DNA of 63,819 nucleotides, filler included. It is 5 parts of 5 records of this genome, joined end to end, with 100 filler letters (N's around TTAATTAATTAA, not from the genome) between each part and the next. Parts side by side here need not be neighbours in the genome. Positions count along the whole stretch, not along the records: positions 8,480 to 24,639 come from DRR723986_3144; positions 24,740 to 43,792 come from DRR723986_3146; 3 more parts are not named here. One strand, given 5' to 3'. Made by a program: the position numbers and the translations under genes. Shown piece after piece: positions 17,636-27,392 of this stretch. How positions within the stretch are numbered: the first letter of the stretch is position 1; each line of letters starts with the position of its first letter. The notes below the pieces were generated by a model. It made no database searches and was not told the DNA's origin. It worked only from the letters and a program-made list of their open reading frames with translations.

Positions 17636-18286
17636 TTAAAGATGCGTTTGCGCGAATTGCCGCTCGGGATGTTCCAGATGCGGTATCGCGTTGAACTGGG
17701 TCAAGGCCAGCCCGCCGCCGATCGGGTGCAAGCGGTGCACCGAGGTGTTCATAATGGCCAGCGTGGCGCGGGCAAAGCTGGGCAAATCCAGCGCCATAAC
17801 ATGGCGCAGCGCCATGGCGATCAAGCCGCCCGATGTCACCAGCAGCGCCGGGCCATGGCCCGCGGCGATATCGGCCAATGCCGCGCCCACACGGGCCTCG
17901 AACTGGGCAAATGTTTCGGGCGGGTTGTCGATGGCATCGGCCTGCCATGCCGCCAGAAGGCGCGGCATATAATCGACAAATTCCTCGCGGTTCACCGGCA
18001 CCGGCACGCCCTGCTGCGCCTGCCACAGCTGCGCCAGGCTGAAAAATTCCATCTCGTTCAGCCGGGCATCGAGCTGCGGGTTGGCATGGCCCATGCCCGC
18101 GGCGGTTTCACGGTGGCGCTGCAAGGTGCCGCAATAGACGCGGGAAAACACCTCGCCCGTGCCGGCAATATGCGCGCCCAGCCATTGCGCCTGTTGGTGG
18201 CCCAGGGGCGACAGGCGATCGTAATCTGCCTCGTTGCGGGCCGATGTATTGGCCTGCCCGTGACGGACAAGGGTAAGTGTTGGCAT
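17636..18286 (-). CDS. Histidine phosphatase family protein (PGAM-like)
   Basis: LVRHGQA catalytic motif, YDRLS.LG, TSGG; start at ATG 18286. Confidence 0.85.
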   Translation of the reverse strand: MPTLTLVRHGQANTSARNEADYDRLSPLGHQQAQWLGAHIAGTGEVFSRVYCGTLQRHRETAAGMGHANPQLDARLNEMEFFSLAQLWQAQQGVPVPVNREEFVDYMPRLLAAWQADAIDNPPETFAQFEARVGAALADIAAGHGPALLVTSGGLIAMALRHVMALDLPSFARATLAIMNTSVHRLHPIGGGLALTQFNAIPHLEHPERQFAQTHL

Positions 18287-18459
18287 AAGGTGCCCCCCAT
18301 GTTGCGGGTGTCGATTAGGATGCAGCCGCCCAAGATGCAATGCCGTAAAACCCGCAATGGGCTTGCAGCGGGGCGGGCGCTGGTGTTCGCTGGTGTGTGC
18401 TGGTGTGTGCTGCACGCACATGGCACAGCCTGTGTAACAATTTTGCAAAGAGGCACAGC

Positions 18460-19692
18460 ATGCAGATCAACCCCCAGCGCTTTCTCGATGCGCTTCACGC
18501 GCTGCGCGCCTTTGGCGCCGCAGGCATCGGCCGCGGCGTGGTGCGCCCGGCCTATTCCGCCCCCGATATCGCCGCGCGCGAATGGCTGGCCCAGCGCATG
18601 GTGCAGGCCGGGCTGACCCCGCATTTCGACCCGGTTGGAAACCTTTTTGGCCTGGCGCCGGGGCGCTCGCTGCTGGTGGGCTCGCACAGCGACAGCCAGC
18701 CCGAGGGCGGCTGGCTGGATGGCGCGCTGGGGGTGATCTGCGGGCTAGAGCTGGCCCAAGCCGCAGCCGAAGCCGGCGGGCCGCCCATTTCCGTGGCCAA
18801 TTTCCAAGATGAAGAGGGCCGGTTTGGTGTTACCACCGGCAGCACCATCTGGGCGGGCAGCCTGGGCCTGGATCAGGCCGATGCGCTGACCGATCGCGCA
18901 GGCACCCCCTTTGGCCAGGCGCGCGCCAGCATGGCCCATCTGGCCCAGGGTTTTGTAGACCCCGCCCGCTTTAGCGGCTTTGTCGAATGTCACATCGAAC
19001 AAGGCCCCTGGCTGTTCGAGGCCGCGCAGGCGGTGGGTGTGGTGACAGATATCGTGGGCATCCGCGATATGCGTATCACCTATCACGGGGCGCAAAACCA
19101 CGCGGGCACCACCCCCATGCACCGCCGCCAAGATGCGTTTCAGGCCATGGTGGCCTATAGCCAACTGATCAACGCGCGCTTTCGCAACGTGGTCACGCCC
19201 AGCACCGTCTGGACAACGGGCCATGTCGATCTGCACCCCGACGCCCATTCCATCGTGCCCGGGCGCTGCACCTTTTCCATGCAATGGCGCGATGGCAGCG
19301 CCCAGCGGCTGGCCCAGATGGAGCAGATCATCCGCGACACCGCCCAAGAGGTGGCCGATACCACCGGCATACGCGTTGAATTTGGCCCGATGCTGGGGCT
19401 CGAACCGGTCGGGATGGATCCAGGCTGGCAGGCAGCCCTGGGGGATGCTGCACAACAGATCTGCCCGGGCCGGTGGCGGCACATGCAATCGGGCGCCTTG
19501 CATGATGCGGCCAATGTGGCGCGGCTGATGCCATCGGCCATGCTGTTTGTGCCCTCGATCAATGGCATCAGCCATGATTTCGCCGAAGACACCGACGAGG
19601 CCGATTTGGTGACAGGCCTGCAGGTGCTGGCCCATGCCATTGCCGCCCATGCCGATCGCCCGCATGCCGATCGCGCGCATCCAGGCGCATAA
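18460..19692 (+). CDS. Zn-dependent M20 amidohydrolase (N-carbamoyl-amino acid / allantoate hydrolase family)
   Basis: GSHSDS, DGALGV, EEG, HIEQGP, HAGTTPM, SGALHDA, GISH motifs; start at ATG 18460. Confidence 0.88.
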   Translation: MQINPQRFLDALHALRAFGAAGIGRGVVRPAYSAPDIAAREWLAQRMVQAGLTPHFDPVGNLFGLAPGRSLLVGSHSDSQPEGGWLDGALGVICGLELAQAAAEAGGPPISVANFQDEEGRFGVTTGSTIWAGSLGLDQADALTDRAGTPFGQARASMAHLAQGFVDPARFSGFVECHIEQGPWLFEAAQAVGVVTDIVGIRDMRITYHGAQNHAGTTPMHRRQDAFQAMVAYSQLINARFRNVVTPSTVWTTGHVDLHPDAHSIVPGRCTFSMQWRDGSAQRLAQMEQIIRDTAQEVADTTGIRVEFGPMLGLEPVGMDPGWQAALGDAAQQICPGRWRHMQSGALHDAANVARLMPSAMLFVPSINGISHDFAEDTDEADLVTGLQVLAHAIAAHADRPHADRAHPGA

Positions 19693-19734
19693 ACGGGGCT
19701 AGACCGGCGCCATAGCTCGGGCGATAAGGCGGGC

Positions 19735-22194
19735 ATGACCGCCCCGTTGCCCATCACCGATGCCCTGCCCCAACTGCTGGAGGCGCTGAAATCGCACCGC
19801 CGCGCTGTGCTGCAGGCGCCCCCTGGCGCCGGCAAAACAACGCTGGTGCCGCTGGCCCTGCTGCAGGCAAGGCTGGTGACGGGGCGCATTGTGATGCTGG
19901 AACCACGCCGCCTGGCAGCCCGTGCCGCGGCCGAACGCATGGCCCAAACATTGGGCGAAAAACCGGGCCAAACCGTGGGCTACCGCGTGCGCGGCGAGGC
20001 GCGCTGCGGGCCCGACACCCGTATCGAGGTGGTCACCGAAGGCATTTTAACCCGCATGATCCAAAACGACGCAGGCCTCGAGGGCGTGGGCGCGGTGATT
20101 TTCGACGAATTTCACGAACGCTCGCTGAACGCCGATCTGGGGCTGGCGTTATGTTTGGAAATTGCCGGCGCGCTACGCGATGATCTGCATTTATTGGTCA
20201 TGTCCGCCACGCTGGATGCCGCCCCCGTGGCCCAGATGATGGGCGCGCCCATTATCACCTCGCAGGGGCGCAGCCACCCGGTAGATCTGCACTGGCTGCC
20301 CCAGCCCCTGCCCCGCACCGCCCGGCTGGAACAGGCCACCGCCGATCTGGTGGTGCAGGCCATGGCAGAAACCCAAGGCGGGGTGCTGGTGTTTTTGCCG
20401 GGCGAGGGCGAAATTCGCCGCACCGAGGCGCTGCTGCGCCCGCGCCTTGGGGCCGGCATCAGCCTGCATCCGCTGTTTGGCGCGATGGATTTTTCCGCCC
20501 AGCGCGCCGCGATTGCGCCCGCGCCACAGGGGCGCAAGGTGGTCTTGGCCACGGCAATCGCCGAAACCTCGCTGACCATCGAAGATATCCGCGTGGTGGT
20601 CGATGCCGGGCGCGCCCGCCGCGCGCGGTTTGATCCGGGTGCTGGCATGGCGCGGCTGGTGACAGAACGGGTGACCAAGGCCGAAGCCACCCAACGCGCG
20701 GGCCGCGCGGGCCGGGTGGCGCCGGGGCGGTGCTACCGGCTGTGGACACGCGGCGAAGAGGGCGCGCTGCAGGCGTTCCCCCCCGCCGAAATCGAGGTGG
20801 CCGATCTGGCCGGTCTGGCGCTCGAGCTGGCGCTATGGGGCGCAGCACCCGGTGATCTGGCCTTTGTCAGCCCACCCAACCCCGGCGCCTTTGCCGAGGC
20901 CCAAGAGCTGCTGAAACTGCTGGGCGCGCTGGATCGCGCGGGCCATATCACCGCCCATGGCCGCCGCCTGGCCGCCCTGCCGCTGCACCCGCGTTTGGGC
21001 CATATGTTGGAAACCGCAGGCAGGCAGGCCGCGCCTTTGGCCGCGCTTTTGGCCGAGCGCGACCCGCTGCCGCGCAGCGCCCCCGTCGATCTGTCTTTGC
21101 GGCTCGAGGCAGTGGCAGACCCTGCCCGCTATGCCCGCACCCGCACCCACCCCGCCCATGGGCCCACGCTGGAACGGCTGCGCCTTGAGGCCAAGCGCCT
21201 GGCAAAAGACGCGCCCAAAACCCAAACCCAAACCCAAACGCCGCTCTCAGCTGCTGAAATGGCGGCCCTGGCCTATCCCGACCGGGTGGGCCTGCGCCGC
21301 AAGGGCGATGCGCCGCGCTATGTGCTATCGGGCGGCAAAGGCGCGGTGCTGGATCAGGCCGACCCGCTGGCAGGCGCCCGCCTGCTGGTTGTCACCGATA
21401 CCGATGGCGACCCGCGCGAGGCCCGCATTCGCCAGGCCCTGCCCATCACCGAGGCCGAATTGCGCGGCCTGTTTGGCGCGCAAATTGCCTGGGAAACCAT
21501 CTGCGAATGGTCCCGCCGCGAACGTCGGGTGCGCCCGCGCAAACAGCTGCGTTTCGGGGCCTTGGCGCTAGAAGATCAAATCTGGAAAGACGCCCCCCCC
21601 GACGCGATTGCCGCCGCCATGCTAGAGGGGGTGCGCGATCTGGGCCTTGTGCCGGGCGATGCGGCCGGGCGGTTTATGGCCCGGGTCCAGCTGTTGCGCA
21701 GCGCAGGCCAGGCGCTGCCCGATATGGGCCATGATGCGCTGATGGCCAGCCTGGATGCCTGGCTGTTGCCCCATCTCACCGGCGTCAAAAACGCCGAAGA
21801 TTGGAAACGCTTCGATCTGCTGCCCGCCTTGCAGGCCATGCTAAGCTGGGATCAGATGCAGCTGCTAGACAGGCTGGCGCCGGGCCATTTCACCACCCCC
21901 CTTGGGCGCAAGATTCCAATTGATTACAGCGGCGAAAACCCCGCCATCGCCCTGCGCCTGCAAGAGATGTTTGGCCAAACCACCCATCCCAGCGTGGCCG
22001 GCCAGCCGCTGCGCGTAACGCTGCTGTCGCCCGCCGGGCGCCCGGTGCAGGTGACAATGGATATTCCCGCCTTTTGGGACAGCTCTTATGCCGATGTGCG
22101 CAAAGATATGCGCGGCCGCTACCCCAAACACCCCTGGCCCGAAGACCCGCGCCAAGCCGACCCAACCCTGCGCGCCAAGCCGCGCGGCACCTAA
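19735..22194 (+). CDS. hrpB: ATP-dependent RNA helicase HrpB
   Basis: APPGAGKTT, EPRRLAAR, DEFHER, MSAT, QRAGRAGR; C-terminal RGRYPKHPWP. Confidence 0.95.
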   Translation: MTAPLPITDALPQLLEALKSHRRAVLQAPPGAGKTTLVPLALLQARLVTGRIVMLEPRRLAARAAAERMAQTLGEKPGQTVGYRVRGEARCGPDTRIEVVTEGILTRMIQNDAGLEGVGAVIFDEFHERSLNADLGLALCLEIAGALRDDLHLLVMSATLDAAPVAQMMGAPIITSQGRSHPVDLHWLPQPLPRTARLEQATADLVVQAMAETQGGVLVFLPGEGEIRRTEALLRPRLGAGISLHPLFGAMDFSAQRAAIAPAPQGRKVVLATAIAETSLTIEDIRVVVDAGRARRARFDPGAGMARLVTERVTKAEATQRAGRAGRVAPGRCYRLWTRGEEGALQAFPPAEIEVADLAGLALELALWGAAPGDLAFVSPPNPGAFAEAQELLKLLGALDRAGHITAHGRRLAALPLHPRLGHMLETAGRQAAPLAALLAERDPLPRSAPVDLSLRLEAVADPARYARTRTHPAHGPTLERLRLEAKRLAKDAPKTQTQTQTPLSAAEMAALAYPDRVGLRRKGDAPRYVLSGGKGAVLDQADPLAGARLLVVTDTDGDPREARIRQALPITEAELRGLFGAQIAWETICEWSRRERRVRPRKQLRFGALALEDQIWKDAPPDAIAAAMLEGVRDLGLVPGDAAGRFMARVQLLRSAGQALPDMGHDALMASLDAWLLPHLTGVKNAEDWKRFDLLPALQAMLSWDQMQLLDRLAPGHFTTPLGRKIPIDYSGENPAIALRLQEMFGQTTHPSVAGQPLRVTLLSPAGRPVQVTMDIPAFWDSSYADVRKDMRGRYPKHPWPEDPRQADPTLRAKPRGT

Positions 22195-22207
22195 AAGCCC
22201 GTGCATT

Positions 22208-22237
22208 AAAAAACCCGGCCAGTGGCCGGGTTCTTTC
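22208..22237. terminator. Bidirectional intrinsic terminator between convergent hrpB and gcrA
   Basis: AAAAAACCCGGCC-AGT-GGCCGGGTTCTTT. Confidence 0.8.
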
Positions 22238-22258
22238 AATTCAGGGGCCAAAGCCTGC

Positions 22259-22879
22259 TTAGCGGCGGCGGTCGCGCCGGCTGCTCATGGGTTGAAAGGC
22301 CACACCCACATGCGCCTCGCAATAGGGTTTGCCTTGTTGCACAGGCAGGCCGCAAAACCAAAAATCATCGGTGGACGGGTCGCCCACGGGCCATTTGCAG
22401 GTGCGTTCGGTCAGCTCCATCAGGCTAAGTTTTTTGGCTTTTTTCTCGATCTCGTTCACCTTGGCCAGCGCCTCGGGCGAGATTTCATTGGTCGAGGGTT
22501 GCGGCGGCAAGGGCTGGCCTGCCGGAATAATCGCCTTGCGTGCAGGCAGGGCCGCGCGCGGTTCGGGGCGCTCGTCGGCGGGGGCCGGGCTGGGCGCTGG
22601 CGCGGCCGCAGTGGGCGCGGCCTTTTTTGGTGCGGCGGGCTTGGGCGCGGGCTGCGCGGCCTTGGCCGACTTTGCCTCGGGTTTGGCGGGTTTGGCCTCG
22701 GGTTTGGCCGCCGGCGCTGCCGCCGTGCTGCCTGCGCGGTTTGACAGGCCCAAACGGTGCACCTTGCCAATTACGGCGTTCCGGGTGACGCCCCCCAATT
22801 CCTTGGCAATCTGGCTGGCCGACTGGCCCTCGCCCCACATTTTCTTCAGCAGCTCGACGCGCTCATCGGTCCAGGACAT
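22259..22879 (-). CDS. gcrA: Cell-cycle regulator GcrA
   Basis: MSWTDERVELLKKMW.EGQSASQIA..LGGVTRNAVIGKVHRLGL; C-terminal CKWPVGDP...FWFCG...PYCEAH. Confidence 0.95.
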   Translation of the reverse strand: MSWTDERVELLKKMWGEGQSASQIAKELGGVTRNAVIGKVHRLGLSNRAGSTAAAPAAKPEAKPAKPEAKSAKAAQPAPKPAAPKKAAPTAAAPAPSPAPADERPEPRAALPARKAIIPAGQPLPPQPSTNEISPEALAKVNEIEKKAKKLSLMELTERTCKWPVGDPSTDDFWFCGLPVQQGKPYCEAHVGVAFQPMSSRRDRRR

Positions 22880-23016
22880 CTGGTTTCCCTACCTCGAAGG
22901 GCGGCAGGTTTCTGGCCCGCCGCCCTGATCCAAATTCACCGCCCCATTCTAAGCATCCAGCACCGAGTTACAAGGCACCGAATCGCACTTGGCAGCGGGC
23001 AGGGCGCGCGCGGGCG

Positions 23017-23913
23017 CTATGCCGCCTGCCGCAGGCGCCCTTGGCGCCCTTGGCGCCAGGCCAACAGGCCCGCCCCGGCCAGAATAACACCCGCCCCCAG
23101 CGCGGAAACCCAATCGGGCCAATGCCCCAAAAACGTGCCGTCATAAAGCGTGGCGAAAACCAGCGTAAGGTAGCTGAATGGCGTCACAAACGAGGCATCA
23201 GCCCGCGCCATCGCATTCACAAAACACGCCTGCGCCGCCGCCATCAACACCCCGATCCCCGCCAAGGCCCCCCATTGCGCAAGGCTTGGCATCGCCCAGA
23301 CAGGCACCACCGCAGCACTTGCAATGCAAAGGCCCAGAAAATTATTCACCAGCAAAATCTGCAAAGGCGCCTCGCGGCCCGATAATTTCTTGATCAAGAT
23401 CAGCTCGGCCCCGAAAATCAGCGCCGCGGCCAGCGCCAATAACGCCTCGGGGCGGAAACTGCCAAAGCCCGGGCGCAGCAAGATCAGCGCCCCCACCAGC
23501 GCCACACAGGCTGCCAGCCAGCGCACCGGGCCCACCCGCTCGGCCAGTAGCGGCACCGATAAGATCATTGCAAAGACCGGGTTGAGAAAACTAATCGCCG
23601 TGGCATCGCCCAGCGGAATATAGGCCACCGAGGCAAACATCAGCGTCACCCCGCCCCAGCCCAGCACCGTGCGCCCGATATGCAGCCGCCAATGCGGGCG
23701 CGCCAGTTTTGGCCGCATCGCCGCCGCCACAGCCGCCACCGCCAGCGCGGCAAATAAAAACCGCCCATGGCTGATTTGCAGCGGGTGCAGCGCAGGCCCC
23801 AGGGCCGCACCGCCCAAAAGCTTGGCCAACAGCGTTGTGCCCGCAATAAAGGCCGAGGCCAGGATCATCAGCGAAATGGCGCGGGAATGATGCGGCGCAA
23901 CCGGCACGAACAT
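23017..23913 (-). CDS. DMT/EamA family transporter
   Basis: About 10 TM helices in two EamA repeats; ATAISFLNP and ASFVTPFSY motifs. Confidence 0.85.
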   Translation of the reverse strand: MFVPVAPHHSRAISLMILASAFIAGTTLLAKLLGGAALGPALHPLQISHGRFLFAALAVAAVAAAMRPKLARPHWRLHIGRTVLGWGGVTLMFASVAYIPLGDATAISFLNPVFAMILSVPLLAERVGPVRWLAACVALVGALILLRPGFGSFRPEALLALAAALIFGAELILIKKLSGREAPLQILLVNNFLGLCIASAAVVPVWAMPSLAQWGALAGIGVLMAAAQACFVNAMARADASFVTPFSYLTLVFATLYDGTFLGHWPDWVSALGAGVILAGAGLLAWRQGRQGRLRQAA

Positions 23914-24066
23914 GGGTGGGGGATCTTTCTGCGGCAGGCCAGACTGCGCGCATCTAAGGGCGGGCGCAGTTGGCCGTCAAGCTATGGTGGGGCCTGAGCG
24001 CGCCCCGGGGCTGGACTTTGCCCCGATCGATGGGGCATCTAGGGCGGCAAAACGGTGGAGGGGCGG

Positions 24067-24639
24067 ATGGATATCGCGCAATTGGCGGAAAAGATCGTTG
24101 CGGCAGATCGCCGGGCCTTGGCGCGCGCCATCACGTTGATCGAAAGCAGCCGCAGCGATCACCGGCAGCAGGCCGCCCGCCTGATCGATCAGCTGCGCCC
24201 CACGGGCCGCCAGGCGCTGCGCATCGGGCTGTCTGGCACACCGGGCGTGGGCAAATCTACCTTTATCGAAAGCTTTGGCATGATGTTGGTGGAAAGCGGC
24301 CTGCGCGTGGCGGTGCTGGCGGTTGACCCCTCTAGCGCGCGCTCGGGCGGCTCGATCTTGGGCGATAAAACCCGGATGGAGCGGCTCAGCCGCCACCCCG
24401 GCGCCTTTATCCGCCCCTCGCCCAGCCAGACGCATCTGGGCGGCGTGGCCCGCCGCACCCGCGAGGCGGTGGCGCTATGCGAGGCGGCAGGCTTTGACGT
24501 GGTGTTGATCGAAACCGTCGGCGTGGGCCAATCGGAAACGGTTGTGGCGGAAATGTCGGATCTTTTCGTTTTGCTGCTGGCACCAGCGGGGGGCGACGAA
24601 TTGCAAGGGGTGAAACGCGGCATCATGGAAATGGCCGAT
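24067..24639 (+). CDS. meaB: Methylmalonyl-CoA mutase GTPase chaperone MeaB (partial)
   Basis: [26 protein letters not shown]...[33 protein letters not shown]. Confidence 0.93.
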
Positions 24640-24739
24640 NNNNNNNNNNNNNNNNNNNNNNNNNNNNNNNNNNNNNNNNNNNNTTAATTAATTAANNNNN
24701 NNNNNNNNNNNNNNNNNNNNNNNNNNNNNNNNNNNNNNN
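24640..24739. other. Artificial contig spacer
   Basis: N44-TTAATTAATTAA-N44. Confidence 0.98.
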
Positions 24740-24964
24740 GCCCTGGTGCTTTTCCAGCTGGGCCTCGAACAGTTCGAACAGGGTAAAGGCATCGGCGGTA
24801 CCGCCGGCGAAGCCGGCCAGCACCCGGTCCTTGTACAGGCGTCGGACCTTGCGGGCGTTGCCCTTCATGACGGTGTTACCCATGGACACCTGGCCATCCC
24901 CGCCGATCACGACAGTATTGCCGCGGCGCACGGATAGGATGGTCGTGCCCCTGAATTGTTCCAC
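24740..24964 (-). CDS. hslV: ATP-dependent protease subunit HslV (partial)
   Basis: TTILSVRR...GGDGQVS.G...[10 protein letters not shown]...[14 protein letters not shown]. Confidence 0.95.
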
Positions 24965-25032
24965 GGTGAGTCTCCTGCGTCAGTCAGTTCAATATGGGTG
25001 CGGGGGCCGGTAATTCAAGCCCGCGCCGGGGC

Positions 25033-25608
25033 TCAGGGCCGGTCGCGCTTGAGGACCAGGGTGTCGATATTCTGCCCGGCAGTTAGGCTGCGGGCCCGGG
25101 ACATGCTCGAGCGCGAGTCGAAGGGGCCCACGTAAACCCGGAACCAGCGCCCGTTATCACCGCTGCTCTCCTCTACTGTGGGCTCAAGGCCCAGCAGCAG
25201 CAGTTCGGCCCGGCGGCGGTCGGCATCCTCTCGCTGGCGGAAAGAACCCGCCTGCAGGAGATAGGTCTCAGTGGCACCGCCGGTATTGCGCGGCGCGGTG
25301 ACCTCGGCCGGATCCACCTCTACATCGATGGTCTGTTCCGGCAGCAGGGTGTAGAAATCGAACCGGGGTTTGGGTGGGGCCGTGGGCTGGGCCTGTGCTT
25401 CAGCGCCCTGCGGCTCGGCCCCTGGGTCGGCGGGCAGGGTGCCGAGGTAGACCATGAAACTGAGGAAAACCCCGCTCAGCAGGCCGCCGCCGTACCACTT
25501 GAGTGGAGTGACTGCTGAGTTGGTGGCCGCCCGTGTGCTGGCGCTCTTGCGTTTCGCGGCGGGCTTCCTGGCGGCGGGCTTGCGCCCCCGGGCGTAATCC
25601 CTGGCCAT
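25033..25608 (-). CDS. SPOR-domain cell division protein (FtsN-like)
   Basis: N-terminal DY motif, TM helix, FDFYTLL essential-like segment, LQAGSF...WFRVYVGPF SPOR domain; lies between argS and hslV. Confidence 0.82.
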   Translation of the reverse strand: MARDYARGRKPAARKPAAKRKSASTRAATNSAVTPLKWYGGGLLSGVFLSFMVYLGTLPADPGAEPQGAEAQAQPTAPPKPRFDFYTLLPEQTIDVEVDPAEVTAPRNTGGATETYLLQAGSFRQREDADRRRAELLLLGLEPTVEESSGDNGRWFRVYVGPFDSRSSMSRARSLTAGQNIDTLVLKRDRP

Positions 25609-25610
25609 GG

Positions 25611-27296
25611 CTACATCGACTCCGGGGCGGATACCCCGAGCAGGTCGAGGCCGTTGGCAATGACCTGGCGCACTGCCTCGCTCAGGGCCAGGCGCGCATC
25701 GCGCAGGTCGGTATCGTCCGCGAGCACCTTGTGGGCGTTGTAATACGTATGGAAATCACCGGCCAGTTCCCGCAGGTAGTTTGCCACGCCCTGGGGCTCG
25801 GACTGCCGGGCCGCATTGGCCACCACCTCGGGGTACTGGTCCAGACGCTTGAGCAGCGCTTTCTCGTGCTCTTCTTCCAGTCGGTCGAGCTTGTCCAGCG
25901 CGGCCTCGCGATCCCAGGAGGCGCCTTGCTCGTCAAGTTTGCGCAGCACACTGCAAACCCGCGCGTGGGCGTACTGGATGTAATAGACCGGGTTGTCGTT
26001 GCTCTGCGACAGGGCCAGGTCGATATCGAAGGTCAGCTGGGAAGAGGGTGACCTTGCAACCAGGAAGTAGCGGGTAGCATCGCGGCCCACCTCATCGATG
26101 AGGTCGCGCAGGGTGACATAGCTGCCGGCGCGCTTGGACAGTTTCACTTCCTGGCCCTCGCGCATCACGGTCACCATCTGGTGCAGCACATAATCCGGCC
26201 AGCCCTCGGGAATCCCGTTCTGCAGTGCCTGCAGGCCGGCGCGAACCCGGGTCACGGTGCTGTGATGATCCGCGCCCTGTTCGTTGATTACCCGCTCAAA
26301 TCCGCGCTGCCACTTGTTGAGGTGGTAGGCGACGTCGGGCAGGAAGTAGGTGTAGCCGCCGTCGGACTTGCGCATCACCCGGTCCTTGTCGTCACCGAAG
26401 TCGGTGGTCCGCAGCCACAGGGCGCCGTCCTGCTCGAAGGTGCGGCCATTGTCGACCAGTTGTTCCACCACCCGGTCTACCTCGCCACTCTCATAGAGCG
26501 AGGATTCCAGGAAATAGACATCGAAATGCACGGCAAAGGCTTTCAGGTCCTGGTCCTGCTCCCGGCGCAGGTAGGCCACGGCGAAGCGCCGCACCGACTC
26601 CAGGTCCTCCGGGTCGCCGGTTCCGGTCACGTGCTGGTCCTCGGCATCTACCTGGTCGCCGCGCAGGTAGGCCTGGGCGACCTCGTCGATGTAATCGCCA
26701 CGATAGCCGTCCTCGGGCCAGCTCGGGTCAGCCGGCGACAGGCCGCGACAGCGGGCCTGCACAGACAGGGCCAGGTTGCTGATCTGCTGGCCGGCATCGT
26801 TGTAGTAAAACTCTGAAGCCACGTCCCAACCGGTGGCGCGCAGCAGTCGGCACAGGCTGTCGCCCACCGCTGCCCCGCGGCCGTGGCCCACGTGCAGCGG
26901 GCCGGTGGGATTGGCGGATACAAATTCCACCTGTACCCGGCGTCCAGCACCCTCGTTGCTGCTGCCGTAAGCGTCGCCTGCGGTGAGGATGGTCCGCACA
27001 ACCGCCTGGCTGCTGTCACTGGACAGGAAAAAGTTGATAAACCCGGGGCCGGCAATCTCCGCCCGGGCAATAATCGCGCTGGCCGGCAGCCCGGCCACGA
27101 TGCTGGCTGCCAGCTCCCGGGGCGGTATGCCCGCCTGCTTTGCCAGCGTCAGGGCGACATTGGTCGCCAGGTCGCCGTGGCTGGGGTCGCGGGTGCGGTC
27201 GATCTGGATGCCGGGGGTGATATCGGCGGGCAAATCGCCCGCTGCCACCAGTGCGTCCAGCGATGCCGCTATCAGCTGGGTCAGTTGTTCCTTCAT
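25611..27296 (-). CDS. argS: Arginine--tRNA ligase
   Basis: [24 protein letters not shown] (HIGH), [24 protein letters not shown]-terminus. Confidence 0.97.
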   Translation of the reverse strand: MKEQLTQLIAASLDALVAAGDLPADITPGIQIDRTRDPSHGDLATNVALTLAKQAGIPPRELAASIVAGLPASAIIARAEIAGPGFINFFLSSDSSQAVVRTILTAGDAYGSSNEGAGRRVQVEFVSANPTGPLHVGHGRGAAVGDSLCRLLRATGWDVASEFYYNDAGQQISNLALSVQARCRGLSPADPSWPEDGYRGDYIDEVAQAYLRGDQVDAEDQHVTGTGDPEDLESVRRFAVAYLRREQDQDLKAFAVHFDVYFLESSLYESGEVDRVVEQLVDNGRTFEQDGALWLRTTDFGDDKDRVMRKSDGGYTYFLPDVAYHLNKWQRGFERVINEQGADHHSTVTRVRAGLQALQNGIPEGWPDYVLHQMVTVMREGQEVKLSKRAGSYVTLRDLIDEVGRDATRYFLVARSPSSQLTFDIDLALSQSNDNPVYYIQYAHARVCSVLRKLDEQGASWDREAALDKLDRLEEEHEKALLKRLDQYPEVVANAARQSEPQGVANYLRELAGDFHTYYNAHKVLADDTDLRDARLALSEAVRQVIANGLDLLGVSAPESM

Positions 27297-27392
27297 GGGT
27301 CCGCAGAATTGCCTGGGTTGGTTGCGAGAGTGGCCCTCAGTGGGCGGCGTTATTATCGCTGTTAGCGCGGTTGAAGACCAGTCGGGCCTTTT

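Noticed and set aside
22926-22953. TGATCC-N18-TAAG resembling a sigmaE promoter near gcrA
   Set aside because: Points away from gcrA into a gene 3' end and lacks the CGTA -10. The TAAG is better explained by the opposite-strand TAGAAT -10 of a probable gcrA promoter.
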